A stretch of DNA of 64,000 nucleotides, taken from positions 7,328,001 to 7,392,000 of the forward strand of contig JASGJH010000001.1 in the NCBI GenBank assembly GCA_047601445.1, read 5' to 3'. The stretch comes from Myxococcales bacterium. GTDB taxonomy: Bacteria; Myxococcota_A; Polyangia; Polyangiales; DASUME01. The position numbers and the translations under genes are program-made. Below are positions 1-8,290 of this stretch, in pieces (within the stretch, counting starts at the first letter, position 1; every line of letters begins with the position of its first letter). The notes under the pieces are model-generated. The model had not been told where the DNA came from and searched no databases. It saw only the letters and a program-made list of their open reading frames with translations.

Positions 1-101
1 GCGCACGTCGTCAGATGACGGCCGAGGCTCTCGCGTTCCTCCTGCGTCAGTCGGCCGTCGCGTTCGGCCTCGACCTCCCAGACCCGCCGGCAGCGCGTCA
101 T
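1..101 (-). CDS. Zinc-finger (ZAS) anti-sigma factor, 5' part only (runs off window start)
   Basis: ATG at 101 overlaps the ECF stop (ATGA). Manual translation MTRCRRVWEVEAERDGRLTQEERESLGRHLTTC contains the start of an HxxxCxxC motif, mirroring 3334..4371. Confidence 0.7.
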   Translation of the reverse strand, partial: MTRCRRVWEVEAERDGRLTQEERESLGRHLTTC

Positions 102-679
102 AGGGGCCTCCGTTCCAGACGTTTTCGAAGCTCGCGCCGTGCGTGATGAAGACGCGTCCAGACCGTACCCACCGGGATCCCCAGCGAGCTAGCGATCTGT
201 TCGCAGCCGAAGCCCTCGACCTCGGCCAAGAGCAGCACCATCCGCTTTTCAGCGGTCAACTTGCCGAGCGCGTGCTCGAGCTCGTCGCGGAGTGGATGTC
301 CAAGGATGGTTTCGAGCGGGGACGCCGTGGGCTCGGGTGCGTGGTGGAGAAAGCGACCCAGAAAGCGCGACACACGGCCGAGCGCGCGCTCGCGATGCAT
401 GAGCAAGCGCGCAGTGATCCCGAATAGCCAGGAGCGACATGAGCTTCGAGCGTCGAACGTGCCGGCCACCCGGGCCGCGGTGAGGAAGGTCTCTTGAGCG
501 ATGTCTTCGGCGTCGGCTGCGTCACGCGTGACTCGTCGCGAGAAGGCGAGCACCTTGAGGTAGTGGCGGTCGTAGATGATCCCAAGGGCGCCGAGCTCCC
601 CGCGTGCGACGCGCGCGAGCGCCTCGGCGTCGGTTTCCTCGCTGGGTTGAGACGGGGCGCGCAGGAATGGTTCGGTCAT
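98..679 (-). CDS. ECF RNA polymerase sigma-70 factor
   Basis: DAEDIAQETF, SWLFGI (region 2); IASSLGIPVGTVWTRLHHARR (region 4). ATG 679 overlaps the upstream stop (ATGA). Confidence 0.92.
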   Translation of the reverse strand: MTEPFLRAPSQPSEETDAEALARVARGELGALGIIYDRHYLKVLAFSRRVTRDAADAEDIAQETFLTAARVAGTFDARSSCRSWLFGITARLLMHRERALGRVSRFLGRFLHHAPEPTASPLETILGHPLRDELEHALGKLTAEKRMVLLLAEVEGFGCEQIASSLGIPVGTVWTRLHHARRELRKRLERRPL

Positions 680-1641
680 CGGGCGCTCCAAGCGGCGCCC
701 AAGGCAAGTGTTCCGCCCCAGGCGGGGAGGGGAGGTAGCTCGGGATCGCGCTGGACGGTGTGGGTTACCCGACGCGGGTTGAGTTCTGCCGCGAGCAGCG
801 CGAAGAAGGTGGGATGAGGCCAGCGGTGACGCGGACCGAGTAGTCTCAGTGCGGCGGAGATCGTCATGTCGCTGAACGCCCCCCCAACCTCACCCACACC
901 GTGGGTACTCCGGGCTTCCTGATTCTCGATGACCAGATTGGGACCCGCGACCGCGTCGACGGCCCAGCCTCGAACGGAGAAACGGTAGCCTGCAAAGGCG
1001 CCGAGCAGGAACGATGACATATCGAAATCCGGCGGTATCGGGTCGTCGTCCACGAAGCGGTCCTGGAAATCCCAACGTGACCAGATTCCTAACACCCAGG
1101 AGTCCACGAGCACGTCGACATGGGCCGCTAGCCCGTAACCTAGATAGCGTGGGGTCCCTGCGAAATGAAGGCTCGGTGCGACCCCAAACTCCAGTACGAC
1201 CATGGGAGGGGGCAGCAGGCGCGGCTCGGGGGGCATCGCCGGGAGTGGCGGCGAGGGTGGCGGCGCAGCGGGAGCCACAGGCATCTGCGACGGCTGCTCC
1301 GGGAGTGGGGTGAGCAGCGCCTCCACGGTCGGAAGCAGAACCTCTGGTGTTTCTGCGGGACGGGTCACAGAACGCCCGTCGCCGAGCGTCACTTGCACGT
1401 GCATGTGGCCGGGAGCGCCTAGCAATTGCACAACGGTGCAGTCCGCGTCTGCGCCAAAGGTGTGGAGTCGGGTTTGGAGCTGAGCGGCGGCGTCGGCCCA
1501 GACCTGATCGAGCGTCGCGTCGACGACGAGCCGCACCCCTTCGCAGGCGCGTGAATCTGCGCGGAGCCGCTCCACCCCTCCCAACAGGGCGAGACAACAC
1601 GACAGCATCTGCGCCAGGGCCGACCTCCAACGAAACTGCAC
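676..1641 (-). CDS. Exported hypothetical protein (N-terminal domain, Pro-rich linker, C-terminal beta-rich/barrel-like domain)
   Basis: Signal-like N-terminus, PPPSPP linker, alternating hydrophobic strands ending LALGAAWSAR; paralog of 1788..2774. Start uncertain (1641 GTG or 1608 ATG). Confidence 0.7.
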   Translation of the reverse strand: MQFRWRSALAQMLSCCLALLGGVERLRADSRACEGVRLVVDATLDQVWADAAAQLQTRLHTFGADADCTVVQLLGAPGHMHVQVTLGDGRSVTRPAETPEVLLPTVEALLTPLPEQPSQMPVAPAAPPPSPPLPAMPPEPRLLPPPMVVLEFGVAPSLHFAGTPRYLGYGLAAHVDVLVDSWVLGIWSRWDFQDRFVDDDPIPPDFDMSSFLLGAFAGYRFSVRGWAVDAVAGPNLVIENQEARSTHGVGEVGGAFSDMTISAALRLLGPRHRWPHPTFFALLAAELNPRRVTHTVQRDPELPPLPAWGGTLALGAAWSAR

Positions 1642-1656
1642 GCTCTCCGGAGTTCC

Positions 1657-1745
1657 TTTCCCGGCTGCCCCTGTTTCCTTCACGCCGAATCCAAGATTCG
1701 ACCGCTGACATTTTGTCGTGAAGGGAAAGCACCGCTTCGGTCAAT
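1657..1745. promoter_or_regulatory. Back-to-back putative ECF promoters, TGAAGG(A/G)A-N12-GG(G/T)(A/C)AA
   Basis: Minus strand TGAAGGAA-acaggggcagcc-GGGAAA (1682-1657); plus strand TGAAGGGA-aagcaccgcttc-GGTCAA (1719-1744); a related copy at 5205-5230. Confidence 0.5.
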
Positions 1746-1787
1746 CCCCACAAGCGATGTTGATGACAGTGCCACGAAACGGCCGCA

Positions 1788-2774
1788 GTGGGATGCGGTG
1801 TGATAGGGCCTGAGGCTCGGTCATGGACCCCCTTGGGGGTGACCCTCATGGGTACCTGCGCGGGCGTGGCTGCAGCCGTGCCTGCGTACGGCCTTGCCCA
1901 GGCGAGTCCGTGGGGCTCGGCCTGCGCCAATGCGCGGCTCGAAGTGGTCAACTCGCTGCCTTCGCCATGGCTTGCACCCGTGGTCGAGGTCTGTGAGCGC
2001 CTCGAGACGATGAAGGACGTCGACCCGTCGGCGCACCTGCGGATCGTGCGCTCGGGCGAGCAGGTGGTGGTGGAGGTGTCGCTCCTCGATGGCCGCTCGG
2101 CGCTGCGGCGCGTCCGGCGGCCCGAGGACCTGCAGGCGACGGTCGAGGCCTTGGTGGTGGTGCCACCAGACCCTCCTCAAGCGGTGGTGCGGCCGGTGCC
2201 GGTCGCGGAAGAGGTCCTTCCGAAGGATCGCCCGGCTCGCGAGCCTCCTCGGGCCGCAGGCCATGCTGCCGCGACACCGATCGAGCTGGGTGTGTCGGCG
2301 ATGGGCCGCCTCGCCGGAACGCCGATCTACCTGTCTGCTGCGCTCGCTGGCTACGGAGGCGTGCGGGTCGATCGCTGGCTGCTGGCCATGTCTGCCCGAT
2401 GGGAGGGCTTCCAAACCCTGTTGCACGATGCGCCTCCGCTGTTGGAGATGAGCACTGTGGGCGGCGGCTTTCTGGTCTTGCGGAGACTGGTGGACCGAGC
2501 CCACAGCGCGTTGGAACTCGGCGGCACGAGCCACGTCCTGGGCACGTTTCAGAGCGCGCAAAATGGTTCAGAGCATAGCCGCTCCAACGTGGACGTTCGC
2601 GTCGGGACAGTGATGCGGCTGCGCGGTGTGGATGCGTCGAGCTGGTGGTTGGCGCTCGATGCGGAATGTTCACCGTGGCGCTCGACGCACCCCATGCACT
2701 CGTACGCCTCGCTTCCCGCTCTGCCGAGCTGGAGCCTCGGCCTGGCCGTCGGCGTGGTCTGGGAGGCGCGATGA
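1788..2774 (+). CDS. Exported hypothetical protein, paralog of 676..1641
   Basis: Shared motifs V.L.DGRS..R...P..L..TVEAL and LP.LP.W...L..G..W.AR; start may be ATG 1848. Confidence 0.7.
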   Translation: MGCGVIGPEARSWTPLGVTLMGTCAGVAAAVPAYGLAQASPWGSACANARLEVVNSLPSPWLAPVVEVCERLETMKDVDPSAHLRIVRSGEQVVVEVSLLDGRSALRRVRRPEDLQATVEALVVVPPDPPQAVVRPVPVAEEVLPKDRPAREPPRAAGHAAATPIELGVSAMGRLAGTPIYLSAALAGYGGVRVDRWLLAMSARWEGFQTLLHDAPPLLEMSTVGGGFLVLRRLVDRAHSALELGGTSHVLGTFQSAQNGSEHSRSNVDVRVGTVMRLRGVDASSWWLALDAECSPWRSTHPMHSYASLPALPSWSLGLAVGVVWEAR

Positions 2775-3337
2775 CGCAGCGCAAACTGCGACTCATCCCG
2801 AGCAGTCCACCGTGGGAGACCGACGATGTCGAGGTTCTCAAGCGGGTGGCCGCCAGCGACATGCACGCACTGGGTGTCCTCTACGATCGCTACGCACCGA
2901 TGCTGCTGCGCTTTGCCCGCCGGTTGGGCGGGCGTGAGGATGCCGAAGACATGGTGCAAAGCGTGTTCTTGCGCGTGGTCAAACGTGCCAAGAGCTTCAA
3001 CCCGGGTGCGATCTCGGCGCGTCCATGGCTGTTCGCGATCGCAGTGCACGTCGCGCAGGAGCGGCGGCGCTCGCTGCGACGTTTTGCGACCGCTCTGAGC
3101 GCAGTGACCTCCCATGCCAGCACCACCGAAGCCGAACGGATGGGCGAGCGCTCCGAACTCGAGCGCTGCCTCGCGGCGCTCTCCCTGCAGAAGCGGACCG
3201 TGCTCTTGCTGTTCGAGGTCGAGGGGTTCGACGGCGAGGAGATTGCTCGGATGCTCTCGATCCCTGTCGGGACCGTCTGGACACGCTTGCATCACGCGCG
3301 CCGCGACATGCGCGATCTATGGGGAGACCGATCATGA
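2771..3337 (+). CDS. ECF RNA polymerase sigma-70 factor
   Basis: DAEDMVQSVF, PWLFAIA, IARMLSIPVGTVWTRLHHARR; ATGA-coupled to both neighbours. Confidence 0.92.
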   Translation: MTQRKLRLIPSSPPWETDDVEVLKRVAASDMHALGVLYDRYAPMLLRFARRLGGREDAEDMVQSVFLRVVKRAKSFNPGAISARPWLFAIAVHVAQERRRSLRRFATALSAVTSHASTTEAERMGERSELERCLAALSLQKRTVLLLFEVEGFDGEEIARMLSIPVGTVWTRLHHARRDMRDLWGDRS

Positions 3338-4371
3338 GCGTGATACGTTGTCCGCACCCCGAACTAGTCGAGGCCCTTCACAACGGGTTGCTCTCGCCAC
3401 CGGCTCGCGAGCAACTCCTGCTCCACCTTCACGAATGTGAGGCGTGCATGCGTGAGCGGGATTGGTTTCGTTCCCTGGCGAGGCAACTGGCCGAGGTCGC
3501 ACCAGAGGCAAACGACACGGAGGTCTTGGCGCGGCTCAAACGCACCACCCTGCGTGCGGCGCGCTCGTCGCAAGCGGCGTCCAAGGCGACTTGGCTACCC
3601 GCCTGCGCGGCCGTCTTGGTCGCCGTCGCGGTCGTGTCCGCGTGGCTGGGTTGGCCCGACGCGTCGACACCCGCACGAACCTCTGCCCACGTCTTGGCCG
3701 GACCGGACGCGCGTTGGCACCGCAGCCTCAAAGATACGGAGGAGCGCATCCTTCTTCTGGAGGGCACCTTGCAGATTGACATCCAACGTCATGCCGCGGC
3801 GCCGCCTGTGTTGGTCGAGGTCCCCGACGGAGTGATCGAAGATCTCGGTACGCACTTCAGCGTCACCGTGCACCAAGGTCGCACGCGCCGGATCGCGCTG
3901 TTTGAGGGAACAGTGGTTTTTCATCGCTACGGCGAAGCGAGCGTGCGGCTCGAGCGAGGTGCGCTGTGGGACGCCCCCGAGCCCCCTCCCGCCCCGCGCC
4001 TACGATCGCCGCCGGCTCGTAGCCTCGAACCGACTGCTCCTCGGCTCGAACTACGCCGGGCTCCACGGTCTATCGAGCCGCCGACGAACGGGCGGGCCGG
4101 CGCAGAGGCCGATGATGAGGATGCCGCCTACCTGCGCTTCGTGACGCACCTGCAGGCCGGTCAACTCGGAGAGGCGAGACAGGCAGCGCGTGCGTACCTG
4201 GCCGCCTTTCCCCATGGCTTCCGCCGCGTCGAAGTCGATGCAGCAGTCCGCGAAATGTCCGCGTCCGAGAATCGCAGGCCTGAGAGCAGACCGCCTGAAG
4301 GTTTGGCTCCGATGCGGCCAAGACCTCGAGAACCGGGGCAAGCCCCCGCTCATCCAGAGGAGCATCCATGA
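3334..4371 (+). CDS. Anti-sigma factor: ZAS zinc finger, TM helix, FecR-like domain
   Basis: HLHECEAC motif; TM AAVLVAVAVVSAWLGW; FecR-like LLEGTL...VEVPDGVIEDLGTHFSV...LFEGTVVF; C-terminal YLAAFPHG TPR-like helix pair. Confidence 0.85.
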   Translation: MSVIRCPHPELVEALHNGLLSPPAREQLLLHLHECEACMRERDWFRSLARQLAEVAPEANDTEVLARLKRTTLRAARSSQAASKATWLPACAAVLVAVAVVSAWLGWPDASTPARTSAHVLAGPDARWHRSLKDTEERILLLEGTLQIDIQRHAAAPPVLVEVPDGVIEDLGTHFSVTVHQGRTRRIALFEGTVVFHRYGEASVRLERGALWDAPEPPPAPRLRSPPARSLEPTAPRLELRRAPRSIEPPTNGRAGAEADDEDAAYLRFVTHLQAGQLGEARQAARAYLAAFPHGFRRVEVDAAVREMSASENRRPESRPPEGLAPMRPRPREPGQAPAHPEEHP

Positions 4372-5144
4372 AGCGACTTATCGTCCTGACCGCCATCTCA
4401 ACGTGGCTCGGCTGCAGCAGCCAGAGCGAGTCCAAGGCGCCCATCACATCGTCGACCCTAGAGGGGCTCTTGGCGATGGACTCTTTCACGAGCGCCCCGC
4501 GCAGCGTGGATGCAGTCGATGAGAAGAACCAGCACCTGAGCAGCCCGGTGGCGAGCTCCGGCGCGTTCCGCTTGTCGCTGGTCAAGGGGCATCACTACCG
4601 TCTGACCGTGATCACTGCCAACGGCTCCGAACCCATGGTGTTCCCACGTGCAGGAAAGTTCGAAACCGGATTCGACGTCACGGGGGGAGCCGCCCTGGTG
4701 TCGCTCGGCACCGTCCGTCACTTCGACAGAGCCCCAGCGGGCGGATTCGGTAGCAGCAGCGTGACCAAGTCTGCCGAATCCTCCGAAGCTCCGGGGAAGG
4801 AGTGCGAGGACGGCGTACTGCAGGGGTCGGGCGAGGCGTGCGTCGACGAGGACGGACAGCTCAGCTGCGAAGAAAACCACGACGCCGCCGGCGATGGCGA
4901 GTGCCAGGACGGCAAGGATGTCACCACCGGCGCCGCTTGCACCGACGATGACCAGGTCGGAGAGACACCCGATGATCAGGCCGATGGCGAGTGTGAGAAC
5001 GGCAAGGACGTTACCACCGGTGCAACTTGCGTGGACGATGAACTCGCCGACCCGAACCAGCCGATGGCGGTCCCAGCCCACAATGTTCCCCTGCAGGTCG
5101 GAGGCTGCAGCGAAGAAGACCACGACGGCGAGGAGAAAGACTGA
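4368..5144 (+). CDS. Lipoprotein with acidic Cys-containing repeats
   Basis: Lipobox WLGC; repeat DGECxxGKDVTTGAxCxDD occurs twice; ATGA overlap with the anti-sigma gene. Confidence 0.75.
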   Translation: MKRLIVLTAISTWLGCSSQSESKAPITSSTLEGLLAMDSFTSAPRSVDAVDEKNQHLSSPVASSGAFRLSLVKGHHYRLTVITANGSEPMVFPRAGKFETGFDVTGGAALVSLGTVRHFDRAPAGGFGSSSVTKSAESSEAPGKECEDGVLQGSGEACVDEDGQLSCEENHDAAGDGECQDGKDVTTGAACTDDDQVGETPDDQADGECENGKDVTTGATCVDDELADPNQPMAVPAHNVPLQVGGCSEEDHDGEEKD

Positions 5145-5326
5145 CCACGCGCCCAGGGCCCTGCGGGCGATCGACTTGTGACACCGACTGAATGATCGAA
5201 TCGATGAAGGAACGACGCTCATTCGGGAGAATAGGCTCGTAGTCCTGGGCGAACGCACTCACCCGGGACCCACTTGGACCGACTGGTTCAGCTTTCATTC
5301 GGGTGCACGAGCTATCTGATAGGCCT

Positions 5327-6427
5327 ATGACGAGCCCTCAATCTGTCACCCCAAGCTTGCTTGAACGCGCTCTGCACAAACTGCAGCAGTCGCTGCTGTG
5401 GCTGTTGCTCAGCTCCTACGCGCTTGGGGCACTTTGGCCGGGGCCGGGTACGAGCCTCCGGAAGCTCGGCGTCGGTGAACTACGGGTAGGTTCCCAGACG
5501 CTCGGGCTCTCAGCCCCGATGCTCATGCTCGCTTTTCTGCTCTTCAACGCCGGGCTGGGCGCGCGCGTCGAGGAGCTCCGTCATCTGATCAAGAAGCCCG
5601 CGATGGCGATGGTCGGCTTGCTGGCCAACACGGCCCTTCCGGTCCTGTACGCCTTTGCCATCGTGTCCCTGATGCGGCCGTGGCCTGAGGTCGACGAGAC
5701 CCAAAACATTCTGGTCGGGCTGGCGCTAATCGGGGCCATGCCCATCGCAGGCGCTTCCACAGCCTGGGCGCAGAACGCACAAGGAAACCTGGCGCTGAGC
5801 CTGGGGCTCGTTCTGGCCTCAACAGTGCTGAGTCCGATTCTCACGCCGGTGGTACTCAATGCGCTCTCCAGCGTTGCCACGGGTGAGTATGCCGACGCCA
5901 TGCGCCTCCTGGCCGAATCAGGTACCCAGCTATTTTTGGCGGTGTCGGTGGCGGTGCCATCTTTCCTGGGGTTGGCGGTGCGCAGAGTATTGCCACCCGC
6001 CGTAGTGCAGCGGGTCATGCCGACCCTCAAGCTCCTCAATCTGCTGGTACTGCTCAGCCTGAACTACAGCAATGCGGCGCTCGCGTTGCCGGGGGTGTTG
6101 CGAGAGCCGGACTACGACTTCCTCGCCATTGTGGCGATCGTCGTGGCTCTACTGTGCGGACTGGCCTTCGCCACCGGGGCGCGCCTGGCGCGACTTTTCC
6201 ACGGCACGGAAGCGGACGTGACGTCGCTGATGTTCGGGCTGGGAATGAACAACAACGGCACGGGCCTGGTGCTGGCATCCACCGCCCTCTCCGCATACCC
6301 CGCGGTGACGATCCCGATCCTGATGTACAACCTGGTTCAGCAAGTGGCCGCGGGCCTGGTCGATGCCTACGCGCGCCGCCGGCGGACCTTTGCGGTCACC
6401 GAGGCATCGCCAGCTCGTACCGCGTAG
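5327..6427 (+). CDS. Bile acid:sodium symporter (SBF/BASS) family transporter
   Basis: Multi-TM protein with MPIAGASTAW...GNLALSLGL...STVLSPILTP and GMNNNG motifs. Confidence 0.85.
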   Translation: MTSPQSVTPSLLERALHKLQQSLLWLLLSSYALGALWPGPGTSLRKLGVGELRVGSQTLGLSAPMLMLAFLLFNAGLGARVEELRHLIKKPAMAMVGLLANTALPVLYAFAIVSLMRPWPEVDETQNILVGLALIGAMPIAGASTAWAQNAQGNLALSLGLVLASTVLSPILTPVVLNALSSVATGEYADAMRLLAESGTQLFLAVSVAVPSFLGLAVRRVLPPAVVQRVMPTLKLLNLLVLLSLNYSNAALALPGVLREPDYDFLAIVAIVVALLCGLAFATGARLARLFHGTEADVTSLMFGLGMNNNGTGLVLASTALSAYPAVTIPILMYNLVQQVAAGLVDAYARRRRTFAVTEASPARTA

Positions 6428-6505
6428 ATATCGACGAAAACAGGCCCTGAAGCACCGGAACGATTTGAAAGGGAGGCTCCGATGCGCGCCAGCAACGCGG
6501 CGCTC

Positions 6506-8197
6506 TCAAGGGCTCGTGAGCTCGGGGGCGGCCTCGCGCATGCGGGCGTCTTCCTGCTCCTGAAGGAGCCGCCACTGGATCTTGCCGGAGCCTGTTTTGG
6601 GCAAGCTCTCGACGAACTCCACGCTGCGCGGGACCTTGTAGGCGGCCATCTGTCCGCGGGCCCACTCGATGATGTCCTGTTCGGTGCGACTTCCGCGCTG
6701 CGCCGGTTTGAGGACGATCACGGCCTTCACGGTCTCGCCGCGGCGCGGATGGCGCTGCGCGATGACGGTGGCTTCTTGAATGTCGGGGTGCGCGTAGAGC
6801 TGCGCCTCCACCTCGGCGGGCCAGACTTTGAAGCCCGAGGCGTTGATCATGCGCTTGAGGCGATCGACCAGGAAGAAGAAGCCTTCGTCGTCGGTGCGGG
6901 CCAGATCGCCGGTGCGGAAGAAGCGCTTGCCGTCGAGCTCCACGAAGCACTCGGCATTGGCCTCGGGTCGATTCCAGTAGCCGAGGAACACCTGGGGGCC
7001 GTGCGTGATGATCTCGCCGATTTCGCCCGCTGGCAGCTCGCGCAGCGTCTGCGGATCGACGACCCGTGAGTCGACGCCGAAGATGGGGATGCCGAGGCAT
7101 TGCTTCTTGGGGTGCTGCACGGGATTGATGTGGGTCGCCGCGGCGGTCTCGGAGAGCCCGTAGCCTTCCAGGTAGTTCAGGCCGAACTGTTCCTGCAGCT
7201 TGCTGGCGATGGCCTCGGGCATGGCCGCACCGCCGCCGCCCACTTGGCGCAGGCTCGAGAGATCGAAGCGCGCCACGGCCGGGCTCGACAGCAGGTCCAC
7301 CACCATGGTGGGCACGGAGGTCCAGCCGGTCACCCGGTAGCGCTCGATCAAGGCGGCGGCCACCTCGCGATCCCAGCGCGGCAGGATCACCATGCTGGCA
7401 CCCGAGTAGATGGGCGAGTTCATGCTGTTCTGCATGCCGGTGACGTGGAAGAACGGCAGCACGCTCAGCGTGCACTCCTCGTGGAACGTGCGTTGCCAGT
7501 GCGGACCCGCCATCACCGTGTGCATCACCGTGCGGTGCGAGTGCATGCAGCCCTTGGGATGGCCCGTGGTGCCGGAGGTGTAGGGCAGCACGCAGAGGTC
7601 GTCGGGCCCGGCGCTGTGGGCTCCTGGTGAGACCTTCTGCGAGAGAGCCTCGCTCCAGGGCACCACTCCAGGGCCGCGCAGATCTGCTCGCGGAGCGGAT
7701 ACCAGCTCGGGCACGTTGAGCTCGGAGGGAGCACGCAGGTAGTCCGAGTACGTGACCACGACGGTGTGCTCGAGCGGATCGCCGAGCAAGGGACGCGCTT
7801 GCTCGAACAGCTCCTGGGCAGCGATGAGCACGCGTGCGCCGCTGTCGGCGAGCAGGTAGCGGAGCTCGGCGGTGAGGTTCATGGGGTTCATCGGGACCAC
7901 CACGGCGTCCGCGCGCAGGATGGCGTAGTAGGCCACCACGAACTGGGGGCTGTTTTGCAGCCACAGACCCACGCGGTCTCCGCGCTTTACGCCGCACGCC
8001 TGCTGCAAGTAGCCCGCGAGGTGCTCGGCGTCGCGCTTGAGCTCAGCGTAACTGAGCGTGCTGTCGTAGAAGATGATGGCGGGCTTGTTCGGGTAGCGCG
8101 TAGCGGAGACTTCGAGGTTGAACCAGACCGAGGTCTCGGGGAGCGTGAGCTTGGGCGAGACCTTCGGGGGCCACGACGTGAGATGGCGATCACTCAT
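6506..8197 (-). CDS. Long-chain fatty acid-CoA ligase (AMP-binding)
   Basis: YTSGTTGHPKG, GYGLSET, RTGD and PKTGSGKI adenylation motifs; GGAG RBS upstream of ATG 8197. Confidence 0.93.
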   Translation of the reverse strand: MSDRHLTSWPPKVSPKLTLPETSVWFNLEVSATRYPNKPAIIFYDSTLSYAELKRDAEHLAGYLQQACGVKRGDRVGLWLQNSPQFVVAYYAILRADAVVVPMNPMNLTAELRYLLADSGARVLIAAQELFEQARPLLGDPLEHTVVVTYSDYLRAPSELNVPELVSAPRADLRGPGVVPWSEALSQKVSPGAHSAGPDDLCVLPYTSGTTGHPKGCMHSHRTVMHTVMAGPHWQRTFHEECTLSVLPFFHVTGMQNSMNSPIYSGASMVILPRWDREVAAALIERYRVTGWTSVPTMVVDLLSSPAVARFDLSSLRQVGGGGAAMPEAIASKLQEQFGLNYLEGYGLSETAAATHINPVQHPKKQCLGIPIFGVDSRVVDPQTLRELPAGEIGEIITHGPQVFLGYWNRPEANAECFVELDGKRFFRTGDLARTDDEGFFFLVDRLKRMINASGFKVWPAEVEAQLYAHPDIQEATVIAQRHPRRGETVKAVIVLKPAQRGSRTEQDIIEWARGQMAAYKVPRSVEFVESLPKTGSGKIQWRLLQEQEDARMREAAPELTSP

Positions 8198-8290
8198 GAA
8201 AGCTCCTCCGGGGCGCCAGTAAATCACAGCTCGCCCGCGCGTGCTGGATTACTTCGAGGCGCTGCCCTGGGAGCTCACGGGCCCGGCGGT

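Noticed and set aside
6396..7997. Long overlapping Arg/Ala/Pro-rich or antisense ORFs (this one and many similar)
   Set aside because: Shadow ORFs expected in high-GC DNA; they overlap genes with clear family motifs.
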